Below are positions 1-7,184 of a stretch of DNA of 49,401 bases, piece after piece. Numbering within the stretch: the first letter of the stretch is position 1; each line of letters begins with the position of its first letter. Location: IMG/VR virus record IMGVR_UViG_3300033808_000008, positions 1 to 49,401 of that record, one strand, 5' to 3'. The notes beneath the pieces were generated by a model, which was given only the letters and a program-made list of their open reading frames with translations, made no database searches and was not told where the DNA came from. A program made the position numbers and the translations under genes. The stretch comes from a virus (Duplodnaviria > Caudoviricetes).

Positions 1-127
1 AGCATTCATGGCCGCACGATTTGCACTTTTTCCGCTGAAGTCCGTTATACACGCGGCATTTGCAGCATCCCCAACCTGGCATGACATTTGGATGATCAAG
101 AATCAACTCGCAGCGCTCGGATGGGGT
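1..127. repeat. Terminal overlap, left copy (identical to 49275-49401)
   Basis: Exact 127-bp match with the window end. An ORF reads through the join, so the contig is circular or circularly permuted. Confidence 0.97.
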
Positions 128-131
128 CAGG

Positions 132-509
132 TTATCGGGCATTGGCGATCTCCAGAAGTACGTCGGCATGGCATGGCTGATCAAGAGGGCACCAACAGGC
201 GATGTAGTCTGCGCTCCGAATCTGCGCGATTTCTGAAGGCGTGAGTCGGTACTTTGTGCGGTACTCTCGGAACATGGCGATAGATTGCTCCCGAGTCTCA
301 ATCAGGGTAAACCTTTCATCCTGAAAACCCTCTGCGGCTTCGCAATAACTCATCCCCATGATGTCTAGAGCGAACCATCCTCCAATGCGAAATGGATTAC
401 CTAGCCTCCCCGGCCTCGTCACGCACAAAGTATTCGGTGGCATCTTCCAGCCCTTCGTCCGCTTGCGCTGAATCCGCTTCGGTCTCTCGCTCGGGGTCAG
501 GTCAGCCAT
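132..509 (-). CDS. DUF4326-family protein
   Basis: Motifs RKRTKGWKMP, VTRPGRLGNPF and ACWCPLDQPCHADVLLEIAN are typical of DUF4326. Confidence 0.85.
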   Translation of the reverse strand: MADLTPSERPKRIQRKRTKGWKMPPNTLCVTRPGRLGNPFRIGGWFALDIMGMSYCEAAEGFQDERFTLIETREQSIAMFREYRTKYRLTPSEIAQIRSADYIACWCPLDQPCHADVLLEIANAR

Positions 510-685
510 CTAAAGTCTCCCTCGTTTGTTGGAATACAGAGCCAGTTACCATCTCTGTAAGCTCCCAGCCGTCGGCATAGTTTTTTCATCTCGACCGTGG
601 CGCCAGCACAACGCTAGGCATCTTGCGGCCACATCCCGAACCTGATCATCCATCGAATTGTCAGATACAGACGTAGCCAGATCAC
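497..685 (-). pseudogene. Small ORF interrupted by one in-frame TAG (614-616)
   Basis: GTG start is coupled to the upstream TGA. It reads MIWLRLYLTIRWMIRFGMWPQDA*RCAGATVEMKKLCRRLGAYRDGNWLCIPTNEGDFRWLT and overlaps the next start. Confidence 0.4.
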
Positions 686-732
686 TTGGCCCCCAGAAAC
701 TCACTCACCCGCTCAACGAATCCGGCCTGCAA

Positions 733-933
733 TCACGGCCCGCTCGATTTCGGCAGAGGATCGCAATGTGAGAAGAGATGGTTGTATTCCCCTAATAAGC
801 GAGTGAATATTTCATCCATCGTTTCGCGCGGACGTTCGTGAACACTTGAGCGAATCACGGCAGCAATAGCAACCCGTTCGGCATCGCTCAATTCAGTCGG
901 TTGTTTTTTAGCTAACTCTTCCCAGGTCATCAC
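733..933 (-). CDS. Hypothetical protein
   Basis: AGGAGG RBS, start overlapping the upstream stop. Confidence 0.65.
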   Translation of the reverse strand: MMTWEELAKKQPTELSDAERVAIAAVIRSSVHERPRETMDEIFTRLLGEYNHLFSHCDPLPKSSGP

Positions 934-1355
934 TTTCCTCCTAAGAACTCACTCACCCGCTCAGCTCTACTCGAAATCTGTACGTCAATCCGGAGTTTGA
1001 GCGACTTCTCATTGAAAGTTTGCCGAACAGCATCCCCTAGGCTGGCGTTCAATTGTTGGCAAATCAGGTCGGCATAGATAACCACGTCAGCGATTTCAGA
1101 CAAAAGCAACCGCCTTGCGAGTTCAATGTCGCCGTCGTAGTCCCCCCGTCTGATCTTCTTGGCGACATTGCAAGCCTCTCCGACTTCTCCAGCCATCGCG
1201 TTTGTCCATTCTGCGATTGACCAATCCGATCCGTCGGGCTTCTTGTGTGCGATATCTCCGTTCTTGGTCTTGAATTGCGGAAGGCGCTTAAAATTCGCCA
1301 GCATTAGATCGACGAAACTGATGTTCGAGAAATCGTCTGGAGCTTGTCGCATCAC
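930..1355 (-). CDS. MazG-like all-alpha NTP pyrophosphohydrolase
   Basis: Motifs AGEVGEACNVAKK and EIADVVIYADL (ExxE...ExxD). Confidence 0.85.
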   Translation of the reverse strand: MMRQAPDDFSNISFVDLMLANFKRLPQFKTKNGDIAHKKPDGSDWSIAEWTNAMAGEVGEACNVAKKIRRGDYDGDIELARRLLLSEIADVVIYADLICQQLNASLGDAVRQTFNEKSLKLRIDVQISSRAERVSEFLGGK

Positions 1356-1375
1356 TTCCCTCCTAAGAACTCACT

Positions 1376-1576
1376 TCATTGATTTCCTCCTAAGAACTCA
1401 CTCAACCGCTTGAGCACGCAGGCTTCGCCGCAGAGATGAAGGATGCCCTTATCGCGAGCACCAGTGTCCCAAGGCCATAGCAAAAATTGACGACTCGATA
1501 TTTGGGCCATCCACCAATGATTGGCTTCTTTCTTCTCGGCTCCACATACATCGCAGGTGAAAATCTCTTTTCTCAC
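1376..1576 (-). CDS. Small Zn-binding protein
   Basis: GTG start coupled to the upstream stop (GTGA). Motifs CDVC and HLCGEAC. Confidence 0.7.
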   Translation of the reverse strand: MRKEIFTCDVCGAEKKEANHWWMAQISSRQFLLWPWDTGARDKGILHLCGEACVLKRLSEFLGGNQ

Positions 1577-1899
1577 TTTTTCGGCTCCTTCGGGGCCGCC
1601 CTCCATTCCAGATCGCCTTTCTTGACTCCCTGACACGCCGGCCCACTCTCGCCATCGCAGATTGTCCATTCGGTTTGCTGAATCTTCCGTGAGGAGTAAA
1701 CCTCTCCAATGGCTTTGGTCAAGTTCTGTTGTGCCGCCTGAAAGTTGGCTTGGGCAGCTTGGAACTGTGCCTGCGCCGTCAGGTACTCAATCTGGGCATT
1801 CTTGAGTGCCAGCTTTTCATCAGGCGTAAACGGTGTAGGCTGTGCTCCTTGGGCCATCAGTAGTGCGGGTACGGCAAGCAATAACAGGGCTTTACGCAT
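1573..1899 (-). CDS. Exported coiled-coil protein
   Basis: Signal peptide MRKALLLLAVPALLMA|Q, Ala/Gln heptads, one Cys pair. Confidence 0.75.
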   Translation of the reverse strand: MRKALLLLAVPALLMAQGAQPTPFTPDEKLALKNAQIEYLTAQAQFQAAQANFQAAQQNLTKAIGEVYSSRKIQQTEWTICDGESGPACQGVKKGDLEWRAAPKEPKK

Positions 1900-2134
1900 T
1901 GTCCTCTCCTGTGGTTACGGGAATGTCGATAGATGCGATTGGAAGAGTCGGCTTGTTGCTCTCCAGCATGGATACAAGCCGTTTGGCCAATCTGTCCATA
2001 TCGAGATCAGCCCATAAGCACTTCCCAACAACGACTACGCCCGTTTCGCCGTATGGCCCCATCACTGTGCTGGCATCGCGGATATATACGATGCTATTCT
2101 TATCGTCCGATTCGATGATGATGGTGTGTTTCAT
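1892..2134 (-). CDS. Hypothetical protein
   Basis: GGAG RBS, ATGA coupling. Confidence 0.65.
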   Translation of the reverse strand: MKHTIIIESDDKNSIVYIRDASTVMGPYGETGVVVVGKCLWADLDMDRLAKRLVSMLESNKPTLPIASIDIPVTTGEDNA

Positions 2135-2289
2135 TTCTTTCTCCTTTTGGCTTCCCGCACTATCAGTCCTGTCCGCAACAGCCGCCGGATCATGTCCTGA
2201 ATCGTCCGTTCCTCTTTCTCGGCAGCATCCCGAATATCTTCGTACAGATCAGGCTCCAATCGCAGATGGTAACTGAGTTTCTTCGCCAT
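2131..2289 (-). CDS. Arc/CopG-like ribbon-helix-helix regulator 1
   Basis: MAKKLSYHLRLEPDLYEDIRDAAEKEERTIQDMIRRLL shows the strand-helix-helix pattern. Confidence 0.8.
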   Translation of the reverse strand: MAKKLSYHLRLEPDLYEDIRDAAEKEERTIQDMIRRLLRTGLIVREAKRRKK

Positions 2290-2296
2290 GTGAGAC

Positions 2297-2327
2297 ACTA
2301 TACCACTAACGTGGCACATCGTGTCAA
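2297..2327 (-). promoter_or_regulatory. Sigma70-type promoter, probably leaderless, with overlapping imperfect palindrome
   Basis: TTGACA-N19-TATAGT with a TGn extended -10; ATG 7 nt downstream. TGACAC-N3-GTGCCA overlaps the -35. Confidence 0.65.
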
Positions 2328-2355
2328 GCACTGGATTTGTCGTGAATCTGGCTAG

Positions 2356-2760
2356 TTACGTGGCAATCTCGCCGTCCAGATCGGCAGGCATGAACCCGGA
2401 CACCACGCTGAGAGTATGGTCCCCAGAGTTCCACATCTGCTCCCGAACGCTCCGTGGCAGGATAATGCAGCCATCTGAGGCTTGGCCGGGTGACACCAGC
2501 GAGTCGCCATGGACGAGGAAGCCAAAGCGCTCAAACATCAGGTTGCTCGGGAAGGGGACCAAGGGAATGGCGTATGGCCCGTGAGTAGGGGAGTCTATCG
2601 GCTCCTGCATGGTGTATAAACCCTGTGGTATGGGGCCGTGGTTGGCCTCAGACTGCGCTAGGGGGTTGTTCTTGGCTGCGCCATTGCCCGAATACCCAAA
2701 CGCGATTCTACGGCCATCGTAGACCAGATCGCCGGAGAATTGACTGTAGGACCATGCCAT
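2356..2760 (-). CDS. Tlde1/DUF2778 (L,D-transpeptidase fold) peptidoglycan enzyme, candidate endolysin
   Basis: Motifs GYSG..NNP, GPIPQGLY, RFGFLVHGD and ASDGCI (catalytic His/Cys). Last gene of the late operon, after holin-like genes. Confidence 0.85.
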   Translation of the reverse strand: MAWSYSQFSGDLVYDGRRIAFGYSGNGAAKNNPLAQSEANHGPIPQGLYTMQEPIDSPTHGPYAIPLVPFPSNLMFERFGFLVHGDSLVSPGQASDGCIILPRSVREQMWNSGDHTLSVVSGFMPADLDGEIAT

Positions 2761-2803
2761 GATAGGGTGCTCTCAACCTTGGAACTTCGATGGCGTTTAG
2801 ACG

Positions 2804-2833
2804 ACAGACCCCGCCCACGATAGCGGGGTTTGT
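2804..2833. terminator. GC-rich hairpin, possible terminator or attenuator
   Basis: ACAGACCCCGC-N8-GCGGGGTTTGT in the intergenic gap; weak U-tract. Confidence 0.4.
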
Positions 2834-2837
2834 TATT

Positions 2838-3191
2838 TCAGACTCCGTTTTTCCACCATGGGGCCTTTTCCAGCCGAGTCGGTAATTCATCCAACGGGAT
2901 GTTGTGTTCCTTGGCGTACCACTGCACCAGCATTTCGTGTTCCTGCTGCAGGAAGCTGTTCTGCAACCGGACGTGTTCTACAAAATGCGACATCCTGTGG
3001 TGCATCTTGATGCCGATACCGATCAGCAGAGACACGTTGATGATGGCCCCGAGGGCTTCCGATACAAGTAAGACTTCATGGCCTGCGGACCCCAGGAGTT
3101 CTCCAGTCACCGAATTTATTAGTCTCCCGTGAACTGGGGGGCGGAGATTCCCAGTTTCGTTTCGAGCGCCACCAAACGCTGTCCGTGCCAT
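2838..3191 (-). CDS. Single-TM lysis-region protein (true start probably further downstream)
   Basis: Hydrophobic segment ALGAIINVSLLIGIGI; position in the lysis cassette. Confidence 0.5.
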   Translation of the reverse strand: MARTAFGGARNETGNLRPPVHGRLINSVTGELLGSAGHEVLLVSEALGAIINVSLLIGIGIKMHHRMSHFVEHVRLQNSFLQQEHEMLVQWYAKEHNIPLDELPTRLEKAPWWKNGV

Positions 3192-3334
3192 TGATGGACT
3201 GCTTCTTGATGATCTGAATGAGCGACGATACGCTTAACCAGCCACAGGCACAGGCCACTAAGGATGCTGCCAACCAAGCCCAGTCCACCACCGAGACCGT
3301 GGATAAGGTCGTGGATTGTGAGTGCATCATTCAT
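3119..3334 (-). CDS. Single-TM lysis-region protein
   Basis: GGAGGAG RBS; TM segment GLGLVGSILSGLCLWLV; C-terminal RLVALETKL. Confidence 0.65.
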   Translation of the reverse strand: MNDALTIHDLIHGLGGGLGLVGSILSGLCLWLVKRIVAHSDHQEAVHQWHGQRLVALETKLGISAPQFTGD

Positions 3335-3353
3335 CACGCTCCTCCGGCCAGAG

Positions 3354-3530
3354 TCAGTGCTTTCCTGCGTCTGATGCGGAAGCACCTGTCAGGGCTGTAA
3401 ATAATGCAGTAAGCGCACTGACGATTGTGGGATTACCGATGTGGTTAGCCAATAGGTAACCACATACTGCAGCCGCAGCCCCGAAAATGGTTGTTTTCCA
3501 GTGCGCGAAAGCATTCTGAAGCCATGCCAT
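3354..3530 (-). CDS. Holin-like 2-TM protein (58 aa, not in the ORF track)
   Basis: MAWLQNAFAHWKTTIFGAAAAVCGYLL...IVSALTALFTALTGASASDAGKH; GGAGGAG RBS; WKTT..G motif. Confidence 0.7.
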   Translation of the reverse strand: MAWLQNAFAHWKTTIFGAAAAVCGYLLANHIGNPTIVSALTALFTALTGASASDAGKH

Positions 3531-3539
3531 AATCTCCTC

Positions 3540-3917
3540 CTAGAGTGATGCCACAACTTTGCTGTACTCGTCCCAGTTGACTCCCAATTCTTCGGCCATA
3601 AACCGTTCTATCGCCGTAGCAAACTGATGCTCCTTGTAGTAGGGCGCCCTGGGATCATCCCCCGGCTCTGATTCGTCCCCTTCGGGTCGGTTGACCTCGT
3701 ACCGGATGTCAAATTCATCGACTACGGCCTGCTCGATGCCGCGCTTTTTGCAGAGGTAGGCTTCCGCCATTTCATGCAACTGCACCAGGAACACATAATC
3801 CTCATTGTCCATGCGCGACACCGAAATGGTCACAAAGCCGTCTGGTTCCACTTCCCAGTCCCCGCATGTCGAATATCTCTGTTCGTGGTGCTCGATCTCA
3901 ACGAGTAGCGCCCTCAT
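3540..3917 (-). CDS. HExxE metallopeptidase-like protein
   Basis: Motifs QRYSTCGDW, LHEMAEAYL and EPGDDPRAPYYKEHQFATAIE. Confidence 0.6.
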   Translation of the reverse strand: MRALLVEIEHHEQRYSTCGDWEVEPDGFVTISVSRMDNEDYVFLVQLHEMAEAYLCKKRGIEQAVVDEFDIRYEVNRPEGDESEPGDDPRAPYYKEHQFATAIERFMAEELGVNWDEYSKVVASL

Positions 3918-5256
3918 ACAGTCCTTCCACTCTATGCCCGATGTCTGTACGGTATTTCTGGCCTGGAATGTACACGTTCTGCTTGATGTACTCAATCAAG
4001 TTCTCGCGCAAGTCCCGAACGTCATCCTCGCCCCGCATGGTCACCGTCAGCAGATACCCGTTCTTGGTCGGGGCCTTATACGCCATCTCCCCGGTTTCAT
4101 CATCCTCGATGCGCTCGAAATTGTACAGGTGAATGTGGCGCAACTGTTCATTGGTGAACTCATCCGTCGGTTTACCGTCCTCTAGCGGCCACAGTCGTTC
4201 GCCCATCAGGGTTGACTCATCCGGCAGTTCAGGATCGTCCAGCGGGAAGGGCTTCCCGACCACGCACATCACCATGCCTAAACCTTTGTGGATTTCAACG
4301 GTGCGGTTGATGCCTTTGGCGAGGGCGGAGAGCAGTTCTCCGGTCGGGGAATCAAGTCCTTCGATAAATTCGTAAGATGAGGCGGGTACACCAAACCGGC
4401 ATGTGGGTTCCAGAGCCACAAGCCGGCCATCTTCGGATTGAATGCAATTGATGTCAAAAACTCCCCGCATCTGAGTTTCAGCAAGCCGACCCTGGATTTC
4501 CGGTCGTAGGAGTATTCGAGCGAACAGTGGATCATCTTCATCTACTCCAATGAAGGTCGTCCCCATTTCCCCGCAGGTCTCACCGGTATCATCGTTGGCC
4601 TCTTTCTTTTCCTCGAAGTTCAGGAACCCTACGACTTTCCCGTTCCGGTCGCGCAGCCAGTCTTTGCCGTTCCAGAAGGCGCTGGCGGCTACCTCCAAGC
4701 CTTCCACCACTTCCATGAGATCGCAATCGAATTTTCCGAAGTCGGACTCGTTCCATGATTTCTTGAGTTCTTTCAGGTGGAAGATCATATCTTCCGAATG
4801 GTCGAACTTGCCTTTGTGGGAAATGGACTTGGGAGCGTCCATGTTCTGCTTCAGAATCCACTTGGTGCCGGAGTGTTCTTCTACGAAGCTGAGAGCTTCG
4901 TCGAGCGAGGTAAAGTTTTGGCTGTAGGGCTGGTCAAATCCGGCACTGCGGAACCAGTCTTGCCCAAGCTGGCGATTGTTCTCAAGTTGGTCTGCGCCTT
5001 CTGAGCCGCCAACCACAGCTTCCCCTTGGGAGCGCAGCCAGTCTTGCAGGTTGCCGAAGGAACAAGAATCAAAGCACCAGACATAACCTTCCCCGAGGTA
5101 CTGCCACCATTCCTTGATATGCGGAACCAAGCCTTCCGCAATGCGTGCGTGAGCTTTGTCGTGGACATAGAGCAGTACGTCGTGTCCCTCGACCAAGGCG
5201 AGATATACGGCTAGGTCCGCAATCTCGCCATATTCCGTAAACACAAGGAACCGCAA
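3898..5256 (-). CDS. PurD-like ATP-grasp ligase
   Basis: Motifs QLENNR, WILKQ, GLEV, NFEEKK, TCGEMG, DINCI and LEPTCRFGVP (compare PurD EFNxRFGDP). Confidence 0.85.
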   Translation of the reverse strand: MRFLVFTEYGEIADLAVYLALVEGHDVLLYVHDKAHARIAEGLVPHIKEWWQYLGEGYVWCFDSCSFGNLQDWLRSQGEAVVGGSEGADQLENNRQLGQDWFRSAGFDQPYSQNFTSLDEALSFVEEHSGTKWILKQNMDAPKSISHKGKFDHSEDMIFHLKELKKSWNESDFGKFDCDLMEVVEGLEVAASAFWNGKDWLRDRNGKVVGFLNFEEKKEANDDTGETCGEMGTTFIGVDEDDPLFARILLRPEIQGRLAETQMRGVFDINCIQSEDGRLVALEPTCRFGVPASSYEFIEGLDSPTGELLSALAKGINRTVEIHKGLGMVMCVVGKPFPLDDPELPDESTLMGERLWPLEDGKPTDEFTNEQLRHIHLYNFERIEDDETGEMAYKAPTKNGYLLTVTMRGEDDVRDLRENLIEYIKQNVYIPGQKYRTDIGHRVEGLYEGATR

Positions 5257-5262
5257 AGGTCC

Positions 5263-5592
5263 TCAGTCTTGGGGTCGCCCGTGCGCTGCCCCGGAGAAGG
5301 TGCGGCCTACCCCGTAGCCCATCCCCTGCTCACCCTTTTTCGCCATGCCGCTTTGATCGTGCCCTACAATCTCGGCATCAATGCGGGTGCGCGGGGCCTC
5401 TGCCAAGCTGCCGTAGGCATCGGCACCCTTGCGGCCTTCGCCGCCAATCGGAGAGTATTCCCCAGTCATGTCGCCGGCACCCGAAGGAGCCTCGCCCATC
5501 TGGATGCTCTTAATGTCTGCTTTCACTCCTGCCACATCAGTCAGTGCTGCGCGTCCGGGCATAGTGCCCTCCTTATCGGTGAAATCTATCAC
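5263..5592 (-). CDS. Gly/Ala-rich hypothetical protein
   Basis: Coupled to the upstream gene; low complexity, probably disordered. Confidence 0.6.
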   Translation of the reverse strand: MIDFTDKEGTMPGRAALTDVAGVKADIKSIQMGEAPSGAGDMTGEYSPIGGEGRKGADAYGSLAEAPRTRIDAEIVGHDQSGMAKKGEQGMGYGVGRTFSGAAHGRPQD

Positions 5593-7184
5593 TTTTTCTG
5601 CAGATTTTCGACTAATCTTTCTCCAGCCTCCCCGCCGATACCGTATCCGATTAGCGGGTGCCCAGCCATGCTGCCTAATTTCCCTCCGACAATCTTGCCT
5701 GCTACTCGGCCAGCCAGCCGTGCTCCTGCCCCTCCTCGCGGAGCTTTGGGCTTCGGCGCAGTTACTTGTTCAAGTTCTGGAGGTGTCTTGGCCTTCAGCT
5801 TCTTAGGCATTGCAGGGATGCGAGGTTTAGCCAAGGCATCGGCTTCTGCGGTCATTTGCCGTACCGCCTGGGGTAACACAGGCTTGGCTCCATATCGACG
5901 GTATCGGGACATGGTTTGCAGCAGGCGGTCCCCGGCAGGCCCATTGATCTGCTTCTGTACTGCCGGCCAGTCTTTTGCTTGCAAGATTTTTGCCAGCGGC
6001 GATCCTGTCGAGGAAGTATCGTGCCAGTCATTCATAAACTGGCTGTAATCTTTCTTCAGAGCTTCATAGAACGACCCCATGCCGCGAGATTCCGAAGCCT
6101 GTCCCATGAGATCGCCAATGCCCTCTCTCACGTACTTCATGGCTTGATATACGTTTCCCGGCAAGCCTCCACCTGACAGTTTTTCTCCAAGGGACGAATA
6201 GTGGACCTGGGCAGTCTCGATAGGAGTAGAAGTTGACTTCCCTGGCATTACAGCGGTCTCGCCTTCCTCCCCAACATCTACGCCGATTTCCTTCATCAGA
6301 TCGTTGAACTGCTTTACGTTCGGCGGCGACCCACGCAAGAACTCCGCTTTAGCGTTATTAACTAACTGGCTGATCTTGGTAGCGTCAACTTGCGTTCCAG
6401 CCATCTGCCTCCGCCACGTATCCCATCGCGCATCGAGTTGCGCCTTGACTGCCGTATGCGTGTCGGCCACATTCTTCATGGTCAGCTTGGTGGAAGTCTC
6501 ACTCCCACGTTCGAGTGCCATCTGGCGATTGGATACGCGCTCCGCTTCTGCCATCCCAGCCTTGTGCTCGTAGGCTTTATTGACCCACTCTGCTCGGGCT
6601 GTCTGCGTGTCAGACTGGTACTTCGCCATGTCAGACGCCATGCGAGCGTTGGCCTTGTCGATGGCTGCGGTATAGGCTTCTTGCTGTTCGGCGGTCAGCT
6701 TCAACCCTTTGATCGCCTGTACAGGTTTTGTCGCTCCCTTGGTCAGTAACGGCGACTCCCCTTCGGCTTCCATCCCCCCTGCCATCATCATCAAACCGTT
6801 GAACATGATCTCATTGGGAAGATTGTTGGCGATCTCCCGATACTTCGGGTCGCCTTGGTGGGCACGGTAAAGCACATAGAGAATCCCGGGATAGGTCATC
6901 CGGGCCATACTCGCGCCCTGCTCTTTCAGGACGTTCCCCATGATCTTCGATCCGATACGAATGTCTGGGTCGCCCTCAAACGTCCTCTGCATGTTGACTT
7001 TTGGACGAGGCACATCTGCCAGATGGGAACGGACGTTGAAGTTAATATCCTGCTTCGCTTGGGAAGGAACTGAAGAGATGTCACCGATCCCTTTCTTGCG
7101 GAAATAACCGATGGCCGCTTCCTTGCTGGTGCCATCAGGGAACTGATAGAGATTACCGTCCGGGCCTTGAACTGGTTGGCTCAT
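5589..7184 (-). CDS. Internal virion / DNA ejection protein
   Basis: Helical, Ala/Lys-rich; N-terminal VQGPDGNLYQFPDGTS; position after the tail genes. Confidence 0.6.
   Translation of the reverse strand: MSQPVQGPDGNLYQFPDGTSKEAAIGYFRKKGIGDISSVPSQAKQDINFNVRSHLADVPRPKVNMQRTFEGDPDIRIGSKIMGNVLKEQGASMARMTYPGILYVLYRAHQGDPKYREIANNLPNEIMFNGLMMMAGGMEAEGESPLLTKGATKPVQAIKGLKLTAEQQEAYTAAIDKANARMASDMAKYQSDTQTARAEWVNKAYEHKAGMAEAERVSNRQMALERGSETSTKLTMKNVADTHTAVKAQLDARWDTWRRQMAGTQVDATKISQLVNNAKAEFLRGSPPNVKQFNDLMKEIGVDVGEEGETAVMPGKSTSTPIETAQVHYSSLGEKLSGGGLPGNVYQAMKYVREGIGDLMGQASESRGMGSFYEALKKDYSQFMNDWHDTSSTGSPLAKILQAKDWPAVQKQINGPAGDRLLQTMSRYRRYGAKPVLPQAVRQMTAEADALAKPRIPAMPKKLKAKTPPELEQVTAPKPKAPRGGAGARLAGRVAGKIVGGKLGSMAGHPLIGYGIGGEAGERLVENLQKK

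Larger units (their letters stand above)
682..1410 (-). repeat. Four copies of a gene-junction repeat (682-714, 930-962, 1352-1375, 1376-1410)
   Basis: Minus-strand consensus (GAGCGGGTG)AGTGAGTTCTTAGGAGGAAAGTGA encodes (ERV)SEFLGGK* and contains an AGGAGG RBS. Confidence 0.9.

Noticed and set aside
682-1410. Repeats as a CRISPR array or integron attC sites
   Set aside because: Spacing is irregular (0-400 bp), the repeats are coding and non-palindromic, and there is no cas or integrase gene.
3898-5256. Bona fide purD auxiliary metabolic gene
   Set aside because: The N- and C-terminal regions are divergent, there is no purine context, and it sits in the virion operon. Left as PurD-like.
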